64,000 nt of DNA. Origin: Macrostomum lignano. Lineage: Eukaryota. The translations under genes were made by a program, and so were the position numbers. Shown piece after piece: positions 13,648 to 25,292 of the stretch. How positions within the stretch are numbered: position 1 is the stretch's first letter; the number at the start of each line of letters is the position of its first letter. The stretch lies in NCBI GenBank assembly GCA_002269645.1, contig NIVC01002845.1, positions 1,278 to 65,277 on the forward strand. The letters are read 5' to 3'. The notes beneath the pieces were generated by a model. That model worked only from the letters and a program-made list of their open reading frames with translations. It searched no databases and was not told the origin of the DNA.

Positions 13648-15820
13648 GACAGGGTCTCTAGATGGACTGACAGGGTCTCTCTAGATGGACTCACAGGGTC
13701 TCTAGATGGACTGACAGGGTCTCTAGATGGACTCACAGGGTCTCTAGATAGACTGACAGGGTCTCTAGATGGGCTGACAGGGTCTCTAGATGGACTCACA
13801 GGGTCTCTAGATGGACTGACAGGGTCTCTAGATAGGCTGACAGGGTCTCTAGATGGACTGACAGGGTCTCTTAGATGGACTCACAGGGTCTCTAGATAGA
13901 CTCACAGGGTCTCTAGATGGGCTGACAGGGTCTCTAGATGGGCTGACAGGGTCTCTAGATGGACTCACAGGGTCTCTAGATGGGCTGACAGGGTCTCTAA
14001 ATGGACTCACAGGGTCTCTAGATGGGCTGACAGGGTCTCTAGATGGACTCACAGGGTCTCTAGATGGGCTGACAGGGTCTCTAGATGGACTCACAGGGTC
14101 TCTAGATGGGCTGACATGGTCTCTAGATGGACTCACAGGGTCTCTAGATTGGCTGACAGGGTCTCTAGATGGACTCACAGGGTTTCTAGATGGACTCACA
14201 GGGTCTCTAGATGGACTCACAGGGTCTCTAGATGGGCTGACAGGGTCTCTCTAGATGGACTCACAGGGTCTCTAGATGGACTGACAGGGTCTCTAGATGG
14301 ACTCACAGGGTCTCTAGATAGACTGACAGGGTCTCTAGATAGACTGACAGGGTCTCTAGATGGGCTGACAGGGTCTCTAGATAGACTCACAGGGTCTCTA
14401 GATGGACTGACAGGGTCTCTAGATGGGCTGACAGGGTCTCTAGATGGGCTGACAGGGTCTCTAGATGGACTCACAGGGTCTCTAGATGGGCTGACATGGT
14501 CTCTAGATGGACTCACAGGGTCTCTAGATTGGCTGACAGGGTCTCTAGATGGACTCACAGGGTTTCTAGATGGACTCACAGGGTCTCTAGATGGACTCAC
14601 AGGGTCTCTAGATGGACTCACAGGGTCTCTAGATGGGCTGACAGGGTCTCTAGATAGACTCACAGGGTCTCTAGATGGACTGACAGGGTCTCTAGATGGG
14701 CTGACAGGGTCTCTAGATGGACTCACAGGGTCTCTAGATGGGCTGACAGGGTCTCTAAATGGACTCACAGGGTCTCTAGATGGGCTGACAGGGTCTCTAG
14801 ATGGACTCACAGGGTCTCTAGATGGGCTGACAGGGTCTCTAGATGGACTCACAGGGTCTCTAGATGGGCTGACATGGTCTCTAGATGGACTCACAGGGTC
14901 TCTAGATTGGCTGACAGGGTCTCTAGATGGACTCACAGGGTTTCTAGATGGACTCACAGGGTCTCTAGATGGACTCACAGGGTCTCTAGATGGGCTGACA
15001 GGGTCTCTCTAGATGGACTCACAGGGTCTCTAGATGGACTGACAGGGTCTCTAGATGGACTCACAGGGTCTCTAGATAGACTGACAGGGTCTCTAGATAG
15101 ACTGACAGGGTCTCTAGATGGGCTGACAGGGTCTCTAGATAGACTCACAGGGTCTCTAGATGGACTGACAGGGTCTCTAGATGGGCTGACAGGGTCTCTA
15201 GATGGGCTGACAGGGTCTCTAGATGGACTCACAGGGTCTCTAGATGGGCTGACATGGTCTCTAGATGGACTCACAGGGTCTCTAGATTGGCTGACAGGGT
15301 CTCTAGATGGACTCACAGGGTTTCTAGATGGACTCACAGGGTCTCTAGATGGGCTGACAGGGTCTCCAGATGGACTGACAGGGTCTCTTAGATGGACTCA
15401 CAGGGTCTCTAGATGGACTCACAGGGTCTCTAGATGGACTCACAGGGGTCTCTTAGATGGACTCACAGGGTCTCTAGATGGACTCACAGGGTCTCTAGAT
15501 GGACTCACAGGGTCTCTAGATGGACTCACAGGGTCTCTAGATGGACTCACAGGGTCTCTTAGATGGACTCACAGGGTCTCTTAGATGGACTCACAGGGTC
15601 TCTTAGATGGACTCACAGGGTCTCTTAGATGGACTCACAGGGTCTCTAGATGGACTCACAGGGTCTCTAGATGGACTCACAGGGTCTCTAGATGGGCTGA
15701 CAGGGTCTCTTAGATGGACTGACAGAGTCTCTTAGATGGACTCACAGGGTCTCTTAGATGGACTTACAGGGTCTCTAGATGGACTCACAGGGTCTCTAGA
15801 TGTGCTGACAGGGTCTCCAG
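13648..15820. repeat. Minisatellite, 21 bp unit CTAGATGGACTCACAGGGTCT, with 378-380/758-bp higher-order structure
   Basis: About 100 copies; variant ACATGG at 14114, 14494, 14872, 15252. Confidence 0.98.
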
Positions 15821-16593
15821 ACTCTTCTCCTCTCAGTCTCTCCAACGCAACAAACCAGTGTTTGTCAAAGGGGCCCAGCAAATTACCGGTATCTAATTAA
15901 ATGCATTTAGATGTGCCAGCTAAGAGACCCTGTATTGTTAGAACCTAGAAGATCTACAGCCAGATTCTAGAGCAACCGTATTAATTCTTAAGGCTGACTG
16001 CAGTTATTCAGTTTACGTAAAAGCAAAATCAATAGTTGAATTTCAGTTTCATATTTTATTTAAGTTATCATAGTCTCTGCTTTGTTGGACCAATACTACG
16101 AGCTACGTTGAATAATGCTAATTTGGTGAGAGCTAAGGATGGTCACCCACCATTCTGTGGGAGCTCTGCGATACTTTGTGATAATAATAAATAATAGTCT
16201 TTGCAAAGAGGTCAGTGGCTCGAGCACGCAATGCTCGGCGAGCAGCTGGTAGTCCTAATCGTGGCCTGAGTGGGGGAAGTGAAGCATTCTGATCAGGGTC
16301 AGGAGCCCCGAACCACCTGCGATTTTTGGTCGTCATGCCCCATACTGGCTACTTTCAGTAGCTGAAACTCCCCAGCTACTAGGCCTCTCTCATTCTAAAT
16401 AACTCATGACGACACGATAGACGCTGAGATCTTTGAGTTATTAGCGATTAATTAATGTAATTAGTTTAACTAAATATTTATATGATCTTTTGTTTATTTC
16501 AGAATAAATATTGTAGCTAACTTAGCTAGAAAAGGTGTAGCGATATAACACGTATCAGATATAATAAAACGAGAACAAAAAAAAATCATAAGT

Positions 16594-16660
16594 ATACTCA
16601 GCAACAATGAAAAGTCGCCACCCTTTGCGCCACTAACGAACTTCGATCTCATCGGATCTC
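16594..16660. mobile_element. Tc1-like terminal inverted repeat remnant (TATACTCAGCAACA...AGTCGCCACCCTTTG)
   Basis: Same terminal 14-mer as the Tc1 elements at 18601/19360; the extension is shared with the copy near 32177. Confidence 0.55.
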
Positions 16661-18600
16661 CCCTTAGAGTCGTACAACTCGCATTCTATACTGCGGAGCA
16701 TGCATTGCGTAACCACCATGCTGAGCAATGGGGTTTGACACAAAAACAATGATAACATGAATTACAAGATGGTTAATTTAGAAACATTCCTTAGCTCTTT
16801 TTAATGTTGCTGAAGTACCATACGGGCTACAAAGGCTGGAGGAAGGCTTGGATAAACAGAACAAGATTAAACAAGATTAAACAAATTTAAACAAATTTAA
16901 ACAAGGTTAAACAGGACTTGAACAAGCTTAAAATAAAACAAGCTTGAACAAGATTAAACAAAATATAAAACGATTAAACAAAATAAACAAAAAAGACTTT
17001 TTAAGAACGGTAATGTCAATAATTGGCAGCGATATGACTATAACTCGATCATTTTAGAATAGTTTTTTCACTCTCTCAACAGATACAGATGACTGTCAGG
17101 AGAGTCCGTGCATACCGCAAGGAAAGCATACTCTTCATGATGCATGTGCCCTAAGCACTACCCGTCACGAAACTCCAGGTGAAAATTAGTAATTTGATTG
17201 GATTTAAATAGCAAAGATTTCTCGGAGTGTACAGTTTGAGTTATAACAAATAATTGATTTTAATGAATCACGGCAAACAGCAACGATGAAAATTAAAGGT
17301 GAAAATATATAACCACACAATTTATAAAACCGTAAATGAACCCTGTCACCACAAACCAATAGAAAACGGCGCAATGTGTCAGAGTCAGAGTCAGTGTTTT
17401 TAACCGAAAAGAATAATAGAAATTACGAGTGCCATACTGAAAGCAGACCAGTCAGATATAAACGAGATACGAGGCCAACTCCTCCGTTAGAGGAGAAAGG
17501 GGAAGAACTCCCATCACCGGAATTTCATTCCCTGAACTCCATCAGCTGAATCCCATGACCCGAATAACATCATCCAACTTTTCTCCAAATCCATCAAAAT
17601 CCTCTGAACTGAACTGAACTGAAAACCAAACTGAACACCATCAAAATTCTCTTGATGAAACTGGACTCAATCCTACTTTTCGCCGCCAAAAGGAATCAAA
17701 CTCAAAGGATTCCGTGGTTAGGGTTAGGGTTAGAGCTGCACACAGCAGCGCATTAATAGACGCCAATAAAAAATTGAACCAATTGAATCAATTGATTGCG
17801 CAACCGATTTCGCAGGCAGTCAGTATCAGTCTCGGTAAAAGTTAACAAAAAGATTGCGTAATCTAAATCATCCCTCCAATACACACCGACCGACCCCCTT
17901 CCAATGCGCAGTGACAATTAGAAATTGAACCCCCTCCCCACTGTTGGGGGTCGATCGAACGTCATTGAATCCCCAAAATAAGTACAATTTTTGCAGGAAG
18001 TTAAAAGTATGAAAATCGTTTCTTGATGCTGTGCTCTTAGTTTTCATACTTAGCAAACAACCTATATCCCCGAACTCAGCATTAAAAGATCTCTCCAACA
18101 ACAGAGAAGTCTCTTCTCTCAAAGTTCAAAATTCGAGGAACAGTTAGCATTTGAAATTTCCCAGTTTAAAGCATTGAATTTTTTTGTGTACATTCACTGC
18201 CTGCTACAGTGAGAGGCTCGCAAATAATTTATGCATTGAATTTCACTGTCCGCCAGTTAGCAAGGCTTCAAGTGTACACACGCAGCCACTTAGAACGCGA
18301 CCATCCCCCACTGGAGAAAAAATACACAGCCAAGATAGGAAAAAGTTGTGGCGCAGTCACTCAAAATTGATGCAAATTTTCAGTTCAGAGCAGAAAAAGT
18401 GGCCAAAGAAGGTTAAGAAAACAGTTTTCTGCTTTTTTAACTGACTTAACTTTTAAATTTTCAACATTAAAATAGCCTATCTGTTGCGTAGGAAAATTCT
18501 GCATTGATATATATCGTATTTGAGTTGTCAGCCGTCTAGGAGGAGATACGCGTAAAACCCGGCCGGTCGATCGATCGATCGGTGCACTCAGCTTTAGATA

Positions 18601-19072
18601 TACTCAGCAACAGTCAAAAGTTTCACCCACCAAGCGAGATGAAAATTTTCTCCCTTACTGCGACAAATTCTCACTCACAATTCAACCCTCAAGTTACGCA
18701 ACTAAGCCGCGGCGAGGAAGGGGAAGTTGACTGTATCAATAACTTGTAATAAATTTCAGTCGCACAAAATCATAAAAATTTTTAATGCAATATTCAGTTA
18801 GAATCGCGATGCTTAATAACGCGTGTGGGATCCCCTCGCACGCAGAAGTGCGCGATTCTGCGGGGCATCCCCAGGATGAGGTTGGCGCAGAAAGTCCTGG
18901 AGAAGCTGCTGCCAAGCGTTTATAATGGCATGACGCAGTACCGCAAAGATTCTCTTTTTGAATGCTGCGTTTTAGGAAGTCGCAGACATGCTCAATCGGC
19001 TTCATGTCTGGGGACTGGGAAGGCCAGCAGCGCAGAGTGCGCAGCTGTAACTGTTCTTTCAGTTGACTAGTT
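18601..19072 (-). mobile_element. Truncated Tc1/mariner deletion derivative (one TIR plus transposase C-terminal remnant)
   Basis: TA|TACTCAGCAACAGTCAAAAG end; internal sequence parallels 19360-19991 (MKPIEHVCD). Confidence 0.8.
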
Positions 19073-19359
19073 GGAGAAAGTTGTGGCGCAATCGCTAAAA
19101 TTTGATGTCAACCGGCCCAGCTACACCCAATTTAGCTGAAAGAATACACTGCACAGATAGGCCGGCTGTTGTGGCGCAATAATTGTAAATTACGCAAGAT
19201 GTTCAATTTCCCCTATTGTTATACTATTTCTGCTTTTTTAGAGATCTTAAGACGTGAAAATAAAAAATTGAAATAGCCCACTGCCATCCTCGGAAAATTT
19301 GCATGCAGTTTTCCCATATAAGTTTCAACACTGACTTGCAAGTCGTCTAGGAGGAGATA

Positions 19360-19991
19360 TACTCAGCAACAGTCAATATTTTCACCTTCCAAGCGAGATG
19401 AAAATTTTCTCACTTATTTCGAAAACTTCCCACTACTCACAATTCAACCCTCAAGTTACACAACTACTCGTAAGCCGCCGCGAGGAAGGGAGAGTTGATT
19501 GAATCAATATTAAACGTCAGTCGCAAAAAATTCATAACAATTTTTTATGCAGTATGCACTTAGAATCACGATGCTTAATACCGCGTATGGGATCCCCTCG
19601 CACGCAGAAGTGCGGCGACTCTGCAGGGCATGCCCAGGATGAGGCGGCGCAGAAAGTCCTGGGGAAGCTGCTGCCAAGCGTTTTCAATGGCATGACGCAG
19701 CTCCGCAACATTCTGTGGTGGATTCTCTTTTCGAATGCTGCGTTTTAGGAATTGTCCCAGACATGCTCGATGGGATTCATGTCTGGGAACCGGGAAAACC
19801 AGCGCAGAGTGCGCAGCTGTAGCTGCTCTTTCAGTTGACTAACAGCATCGGCTTTGTTGTGGCGGTGCGTTGTCATTCTGGACAACCCCAGGTGGCAAAA
19901 AGCTTCGCGCGTGCCGTAAGTTAAGTCACTCGCAATAAGTGAGAAAAATTCATCTCGCTTGGAGGGCGGAACTTTTGACTGTTGCTGAGTA
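19360..19991 (-). mobile_element. Non-autonomous Tc1 element, 632 bp, ~60-bp TIRs, TA target duplication
   Basis: TA|TACTCAGCAACAGTCAA ... TTGACTGTTGCTGAGTA|TA. The minus strand encodes frameshifted Tc1 motifs QNDNAP, PDMNPIEHVW and ELRHAIENAWQQLPQDFLRRLILGMPCRVAALLRARGSHTRY*. Confidence 0.92.
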
Positions 19992-20133
19992 TATGTATCA
20001 CACAAACAGACAAACAACGCACCAACTTTAGTATTTATCATAGATAGATAGACGAGAAGAGAAGAAGAAGAGAAGAGAGAAGAGAGAAAGAAGACGAAAG
20101 AATAGAAAGAGAGAAGAGAAGGTATATGAGTTA

Positions 20134-23100
20134 TCAGTTAACGTTTTTAATAGATACATGTAAATAGCTCACAGCCCATTTAAAAGCAAGTGGAGGCCCA
20201 AATATTGTCCAATAAATGGATTTTAGAAAGTCAAATCTAGTTGTCTTCCGCAGGGCTTCCTCACACAGTTGTAAAATCGTCTCCTTGTTACTCTCGAACG
20301 GGTTTTTCCCTTTGCGAGCTTCTGCGATGATCTCTGCAGACTCTTTGGCCTCCTGCAGTAGCTTAGTCCGATTTTCCCAGCCAGGACGTTTATGGGTCTC
20401 TTCCATTTTAATAAGATGGTCCACGTACTCCCCCACGCTTAACGGGTATTGGCGCAGAGCCATCTGCTCAAGTGACTGCAGGCATTGGTGAATTGTCACA
20501 ATATTGTAGGACAGCTCATCGAAAGTTTTGTCAATATCTGCTTTTATTCTTAATAAAAGACCTCTAGTCTCGCAAATTAGATCAATTCTTACTCCAAACT
20601 CTTTAGCAATTTCCTCCACAGTCACGGTTTTCACGGTTTCGCATTCTTCAAAGCAATATTCGCTGTTGCAATGCTCAGACGAAACGCAATTTTTCGAACA
20701 AACAATGCAGCAGCCGCTAGAGTCCATGACGGAGCACAAGGCGCTGTCTTTCTGACTGCATCTGTCATGACAAGTTCTTCGGCATGTCATGCAGTTCGTG
20801 GCAAACTGATCATGGGGCAGTTTAACCTCTCGAACTTCAGAGGACCTGACTTCGCATGCCATACTTTTCTCTCTGCGTAGAATGTACTTGCCACAAGAGC
20901 CAACTAGTTTGACATACTCCGCCAGATCGCTTAGCTTTTGTAGGTCTGACTGGACGCTTAACTTCAGTTTCTCCATGCAGACTTCCATCGATCTGCGATT
21001 TCTCAGAGTCTCTCGGGTGCTGAGCAATGAGACCCCATCGTGGCTGCTTTCGAGCTCGTCAAAGAGTTCTTGATAGTTGTCATTACTTTGATCCCACTCC
21101 AATTGTGTGGCTTTCAGATGAGGCTGCGAGCTCTTAGATTTTCTTCTTTTAGTTCCAGTCTTTCTACGGCTCGCTTCGGGGCCCCCAGACTCTGCATTGT
21201 TGGCGTACAACACAGCATTGTTGAATCTTATATAGGTTTCGCAAGGCACTTTGTCTGCTTTCAAGGCAGCCAGGGCCTGAGGTTCTTCGCTATCGGCGAA
21301 TGTAAAGACAGGATAAATGATGGGCTCCACGTCCTTTCCAAAAAGAGATAGTGCTTGGTCAAAGATGTACCTCTGCGTTGCGTTCAGTCGGTTTTGGGAA
21401 GCTCTCAAAACGAAACCGATTCCATGCAAAACCCCCGTCATTCCAGGAATATATTGCCCGTCTTCACCAAGTACTTTCGCTATTTTCATAATATTAATTT
21501 TATCCTGAGCCGGACCCCGAGTGTCCCCGAATCCCGGCGTGTCAATGATGGTGAGAGGGCAGTCCATTGCACTTCTGTGACTGTCCTCCGTGCCTCCTGT
21601 GTCCACAGGAAACAGTGTGTACACGGACACGTTAGCAGTCTGCGAATGAGCCTGGCCTGCAGCTGCGCTTTTATGACGACTTTCGAGCTGTCCAACTAGT
21701 TTCAGTCTGAAATTGTCATCGAACTGTACCCTGTAAAAAGCATTTGCAATCCCATTGATTAGGGTGCTCTTGCCTGTTCCTGTCTCACCAATTAGTAGCA
21801 GGAACTTCGGTGGCCCTCCGCCTGCATTCCGGTTGCCGACTTCGAAAGAGTTGGGACAGATGCAACTCTGAGAGCACTTGCATTCTGGTGATGGAATCTG
21901 CCGAACCCTTAACTGAAAAATATTCCCAGCAAAGGTTTCTCTTTTCTGAGCTGGAGTCGGATTGTCTTCGCAAAAGTTCTGCAGAACAAATTCTGAGCAG
22001 TTCAACGCAGGCTCAGTGGTAAAACTGATCTGCTCGCTGGGCTCAGATTCTCCGAGTTCTGTCACGGCAGTGACATACGCTTTGTGAGGAGTTCCCGCAT
22101 ACAGAGAGCTTACAGTAATGCTGTTGGTCTCAGTTGATTCTCTGTGATATGGTAGTAAGTCAGCCTCCCGTTGTCTAAGAACATAGACTACATATCCGTT
22201 CGATGCATTTGGTTCGGCTTTCCAAGAAAACTTGGCTGTGTTTTCATCCACTTCTGAGCACTGCAGCTCAGTTGGTGGTTTTGGCAGTTCCGTTTCAGTC
22301 CATGCAAAGTCTTTGTAACACTTTATTTGCAACTTGACAGTTTGTTGGTCATGTGGAGAGCCTTCAATAACTGCTACCGCAGCCGATCCACGATTTTGTT
22401 GAAGAAATCTCACTGCCCTGTCCAAATCTCTCCGGTAGCTGCGGTAATCTTCCGATTCGATCCAAGTTTTTCCTACTTCCTCCGCACACGTTGGCTGCGG
22501 CAAGTACTGTGGAAAATGTGATCTTGGTGCCTGGACCTCAAACAAAAGTTTGTAATCGGATCTGTTTGCGACGAATAACTCATCCTTTTCTCTTTCATTC
22601 AGAACGCGAGCACCGTTGTCTGAGAGAACACGGGCGGAATGCTGCAGCGCCATGCACTCTCTTTCTCTGTTTCTCAACCACATCAATAGCTGTTGAGGTG
22701 AGGCTCCGCATTCGTCTTTCTGACGCGAAATGAGCTCGGAAATCTCTCTACTTACATCTCCTGTTTGACGCGCCCTGGGCAAAATTGACATCAGCTGGTC
22801 TCTAAAGCGGGTCCGGTATGCCTGCACCCGATCTCTAAACGTGGCCAACACTTCGCACTGCATTCGCCACGGCGTGTCTTCAAGCTCCTTAATCTTGTCA
22901 TCGGCAGCGTTTATTATGTCGTCTAGCAGCTGGCAGTAATTTCCGGCTTCGTTCAAGCATTCTTCACTGATGCCTCTCATCAGTTTCTGATCTTTTCCTC
23001 CGATTTTGCTGAGAGGCGTGAGATACACCTGGACCGGAGAGCCGGCGTTTTCGCTCTTGAAGCTCTGCACACAACCGAAGGCCTCCCTGAGTGTGAGCGG

Positions 23101-23754
23101 AGGCGGTTCCAGCTTGAAGTCGCCATAGTAACGGCATCGAATACTCTCTGTCTCCGTGGCGTCATTCTTTGAGTGCTCTGCCTGCAGTTGACCAGAAACT
23201 TCGAAAAGGCTCTTCAGTTTAGACACCTGGCCTCTGAATGAGCCTGAAATCCCAGTCTTGCTTTCACTTTCTTGCTTCTCTCGCTCAAACACAAGAAACG
23301 CCCTGCCGCCGTACTGGATCCCGGTCACAACGTGCGTGGCTGATTCGTCATCGAGAAATTGCGGGTATTCAACTTCAGGACCCAGGTGCAGCTCCTTGAA
23401 CTCAGTCAAGGTTTTGTATGCAAATACGAGACTCTCTGAGTTGACTCGAGTCAGTTTCTCAGTGAGGTACTTTCCTGAGCCTTCCACTTCGGCGGAACCG
23501 CACAGAAAGCTGAGTTTTAAATCGGCGCTCATCTCTAGCTTTTTTGCTCTGTCGGAAAAGCTGGACTGTGATTCAATGCTGATTGCCTGACTCACATTGG
23601 GCCTGGTGACGGTCATTTCGTCGGTTGTCTTCCGAGACCAGAGCTTGGGACCCGTCAGGTATTTGCCTGTTTGAGCATCGTACAGGGTTCCGAGCGATGC
23701 AGGTCCTCCTATGTACGGGATTGACAGACTTTGATTCGCAACGTCTGTCGTCAT
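20134..23754 (-). CDS. Intronless ~1206-aa fusion: stonustoxin/verrucotoxin-like pore-forming-toxin domain, FN3, AIG1/septin-like P-loop GTPase, Cys-rich region and coiled coil
   Basis: N-terminus MTTDV...GGPASLGTLYDAQTGKYLTG and ATHVVTGIQYGGRAFLVF, CRYYGDF, PVQVYLTPL match stonustoxin-family motifs. FN3: PKPPTELQCSEVDENTAKFSW...AYVTAVTELGESEPS. GTPase: G1 GETGTGKS, G3 DTPG, G4-like FTFAD. Cys cluster CMTCRRTCHDRC...CIVCSKNC. ATG 23754 chosen by homology and the acceptor-like TTGCAG just upstream; the ORF track extends to 23844. Confidence 0.85.
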   Translation of the reverse strand: MTTDVANQSLSIPYIGGPASLGTLYDAQTGKYLTGPKLWSRKTTDEMTVTRPNVSQAISIESQSSFSDRAKKLEMSADLKLSFLCGSAEVEGSGKYLTEKLTRVNSESLVFAYKTLTEFKELHLGPEVEYPQFLDDESATHVVTGIQYGGRAFLVFEREKQESESKTGISGSFRGQVSKLKSLFEVSGQLQAEHSKNDATETESIRCRYYGDFKLEPPPLTLREAFGCVQSFKSENAGSPVQVYLTPLSKIGGKDQKLMRGISEECLNEAGNYCQLLDDIINAADDKIKELEDTPWRMQCEVLATFRDRVQAYRTRFRDQLMSILPRARQTGDVSREISELISRQKDECGASPQQLLMWLRNRERECMALQHSARVLSDNGARVLNEREKDELFVANRSDYKLLFEVQAPRSHFPQYLPQPTCAEEVGKTWIESEDYRSYRRDLDRAVRFLQQNRGSAAVAVIEGSPHDQQTVKLQIKCYKDFAWTETELPKPPTELQCSEVDENTAKFSWKAEPNASNGYVVYVLRQREADLLPYHRESTETNSITVSSLYAGTPHKAYVTAVTELGESEPSEQISFTTEPALNCSEFVLQNFCEDNPTPAQKRETFAGNIFQLRVRQIPSPECKCSQSCICPNSFEVGNRNAGGGPPKFLLLIGETGTGKSTLINGIANAFYRVQFDDNFRLKLVGQLESRHKSAAAGQAHSQTANVSVYTLFPVDTGGTEDSHRSAMDCPLTIIDTPGFGDTRGPAQDKINIMKIAKVLGEDGQYIPGMTGVLHGIGFVLRASQNRLNATQRYIFDQALSLFGKDVEPIIYPVFTFADSEEPQALAALKADKVPCETYIRFNNAVLYANNAESGGPEASRRKTGTKRRKSKSSQPHLKATQLEWDQSNDNYQELFDELESSHDGVSLLSTRETLRNRRSMEVCMEKLKLSVQSDLQKLSDLAEYVKLVGSCGKYILRREKSMACEVRSSEVREVKLPHDQFATNCMTCRRTCHDRCSQKDSALCSVMDSSGCCIVCSKNCVSSEHCNSEYCFEECETVKTVTVEEIAKEFGVRIDLICETRGLLLRIKADIDKTFDELSYNIVTIHQCLQSLEQMALRQYPLSVGEYVDHLIKMEETHKRPGWENRTKLLQEAKESAEIIAEARKGKNPFESNKETILQLCEEALRKTTRFDFLKSIYWTIFGPPLAFKWAVSYLHVSIKNVN

Positions 23755-24731
23755 TTCTCGTGATGCGAGCGCCGCTCTCTGCAATAATAATATTATGACG
23801 AGTTTTTGCTCCAAAGTACCATGCAATCTTATATCAAGGAGCACTAAAAGTTACCGTTGAATCAGGACGCAACACTTGCAAATATCATTCAAACAATTTC
23901 GCAATATGTTGTTTGATCTGTGGCGAGCAGTCCAGGTCCTATAGCTAAGAGAGGGACAGCGAGAGACGAGAAGGGAGCATTTTGAAGGTAGAGATCAGCT
24001 AATCCGCAGATTAACTAACCCGCTGCCACCAGCCCGTGCGTCCTGGCTCACCAAACCGGGACTTTCGAAATCGGGCTTCCGACTAGAGGGGGCTTTGCAC
24101 TTACTAGTGTCTTTTTGCTGTCAATCTCGACGTCATAGCCGATGATAAGGGAGGGGACTCTGCTGGGACTTGATCGCATTGGCCATGCAGGTACAGAGGG
24201 GACTTGTGCAGGGGATTCTTGCGGTGGCGAGTCCATTGCAGGGTGGCTACATGTACTAATACATTGCTAAATACGAGGGATTGTACTTTTGACCCTCAAC
24301 GCGCCAACCAGCCTCTCGTAGCGCTGATGATAGGCTAACTCGAACTTCAGAGAACGCATGATTCATTAACCCGAGCCGCTTGGCGAATCTAGAGTGCACA
24401 GAGTACATGTACATCTCTAGCGTATGATTCTGCACTATTGGCAATATTGCTAACTGATTTGATAGACTGATCGACTGAGAACTACAGTTAGTTATTCCAA
24501 GGCTACTTCAAGTCCTTATAATAAAAAAATTCGACTTTTCATTGCCTACTTTGGGACAAGACTGAATATTGCTTAATTGCGCCTTAATTTCATCCTGGCT
24601 TAGTCACCCTCCAGAGACCAGCTTCGCCCTTCCAGGCAAGCGGCTATTTTATTGCCTTTACTGTGTACTTTATGAATTTTATCCAGCACAATGGCACGCA
24701 TCTACATTGGCTGATGTGTAGCCCCTAAATG

Positions 24732-25292
24732 AGTTGACGAGGTCTCTAGATGAGCTGAGGAGGTTTCTAGATGAGTTGACGAGGTCTCTAGATGAGCTGA
24801 CGAGGTTTCTAAATGAGTTTACGAGGTCTCAAGATGAGTTGACGGGGTCTCTAGATGATTTGACGGGTCTCTAGATGAGTTGACGAGGTCTCTAGATGAG
24901 TTGACGGGGTCTCAAGATGAGTTGACGGGGTCTCTAGATGATTTGACGGGTCTCTAGATGAGTTGATGAGGTCTCTAGATGAGTTGACAGGTCTCTAGAT
25001 GAGTTGACGAGGTCTCTAGATGAGTTGGAGTCTCTAGATGAGTTGACGGGGTCTCTAGATGAGTTGACGGGTCTCTAGATGAGTTGACGGGGTCTCTAGA
25101 TGACTTGACGAGGTCTCTAGATGAGTTGGCGGTTCTCTAGATGAGTTGACGGGGTCTCTAGATGAGTTGACGAGGTCTCTAGATGAGTTGATGGGGTTTC
25201 TAGATGAGTTGACGGGGTGTCTAGATGAGCTGACGGGTCTCTAGATGAGTTGACGAGGTCTCTAGATGAGTTGACGAGGTCTCTAGATGAGA
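24732..25292. repeat. Minisatellite, 21 bp unit CTAGATGAGTTGACG(A/G)GGTCT, same family as 13648-15820
   Basis: About 27 copies; best variants match the 13.6-kb unit at 18/21 positions. Confidence 0.95.

Noticed and set aside
13599-15584. SPSRDPV / LDGLTGS repeat ORFs
   Set aside because: Products of the 21-bp array; no non-repetitive coding context.
17716-17733. Telomere-like (TTAGGG) run, with shorter ones near 7226 and 58519
   Set aside because: Only 2-3 units; too short to call an interstitial telomere and common inside invertebrate repeats.
24048-24236. 62-aa ORF ending at a donor as a coding first exon of the toxin gene
   Set aside because: Its phase-2 donor joined to the phase-0 acceptor at ~23781 creates TGA; at most a 5' UTR exon with a uORF.
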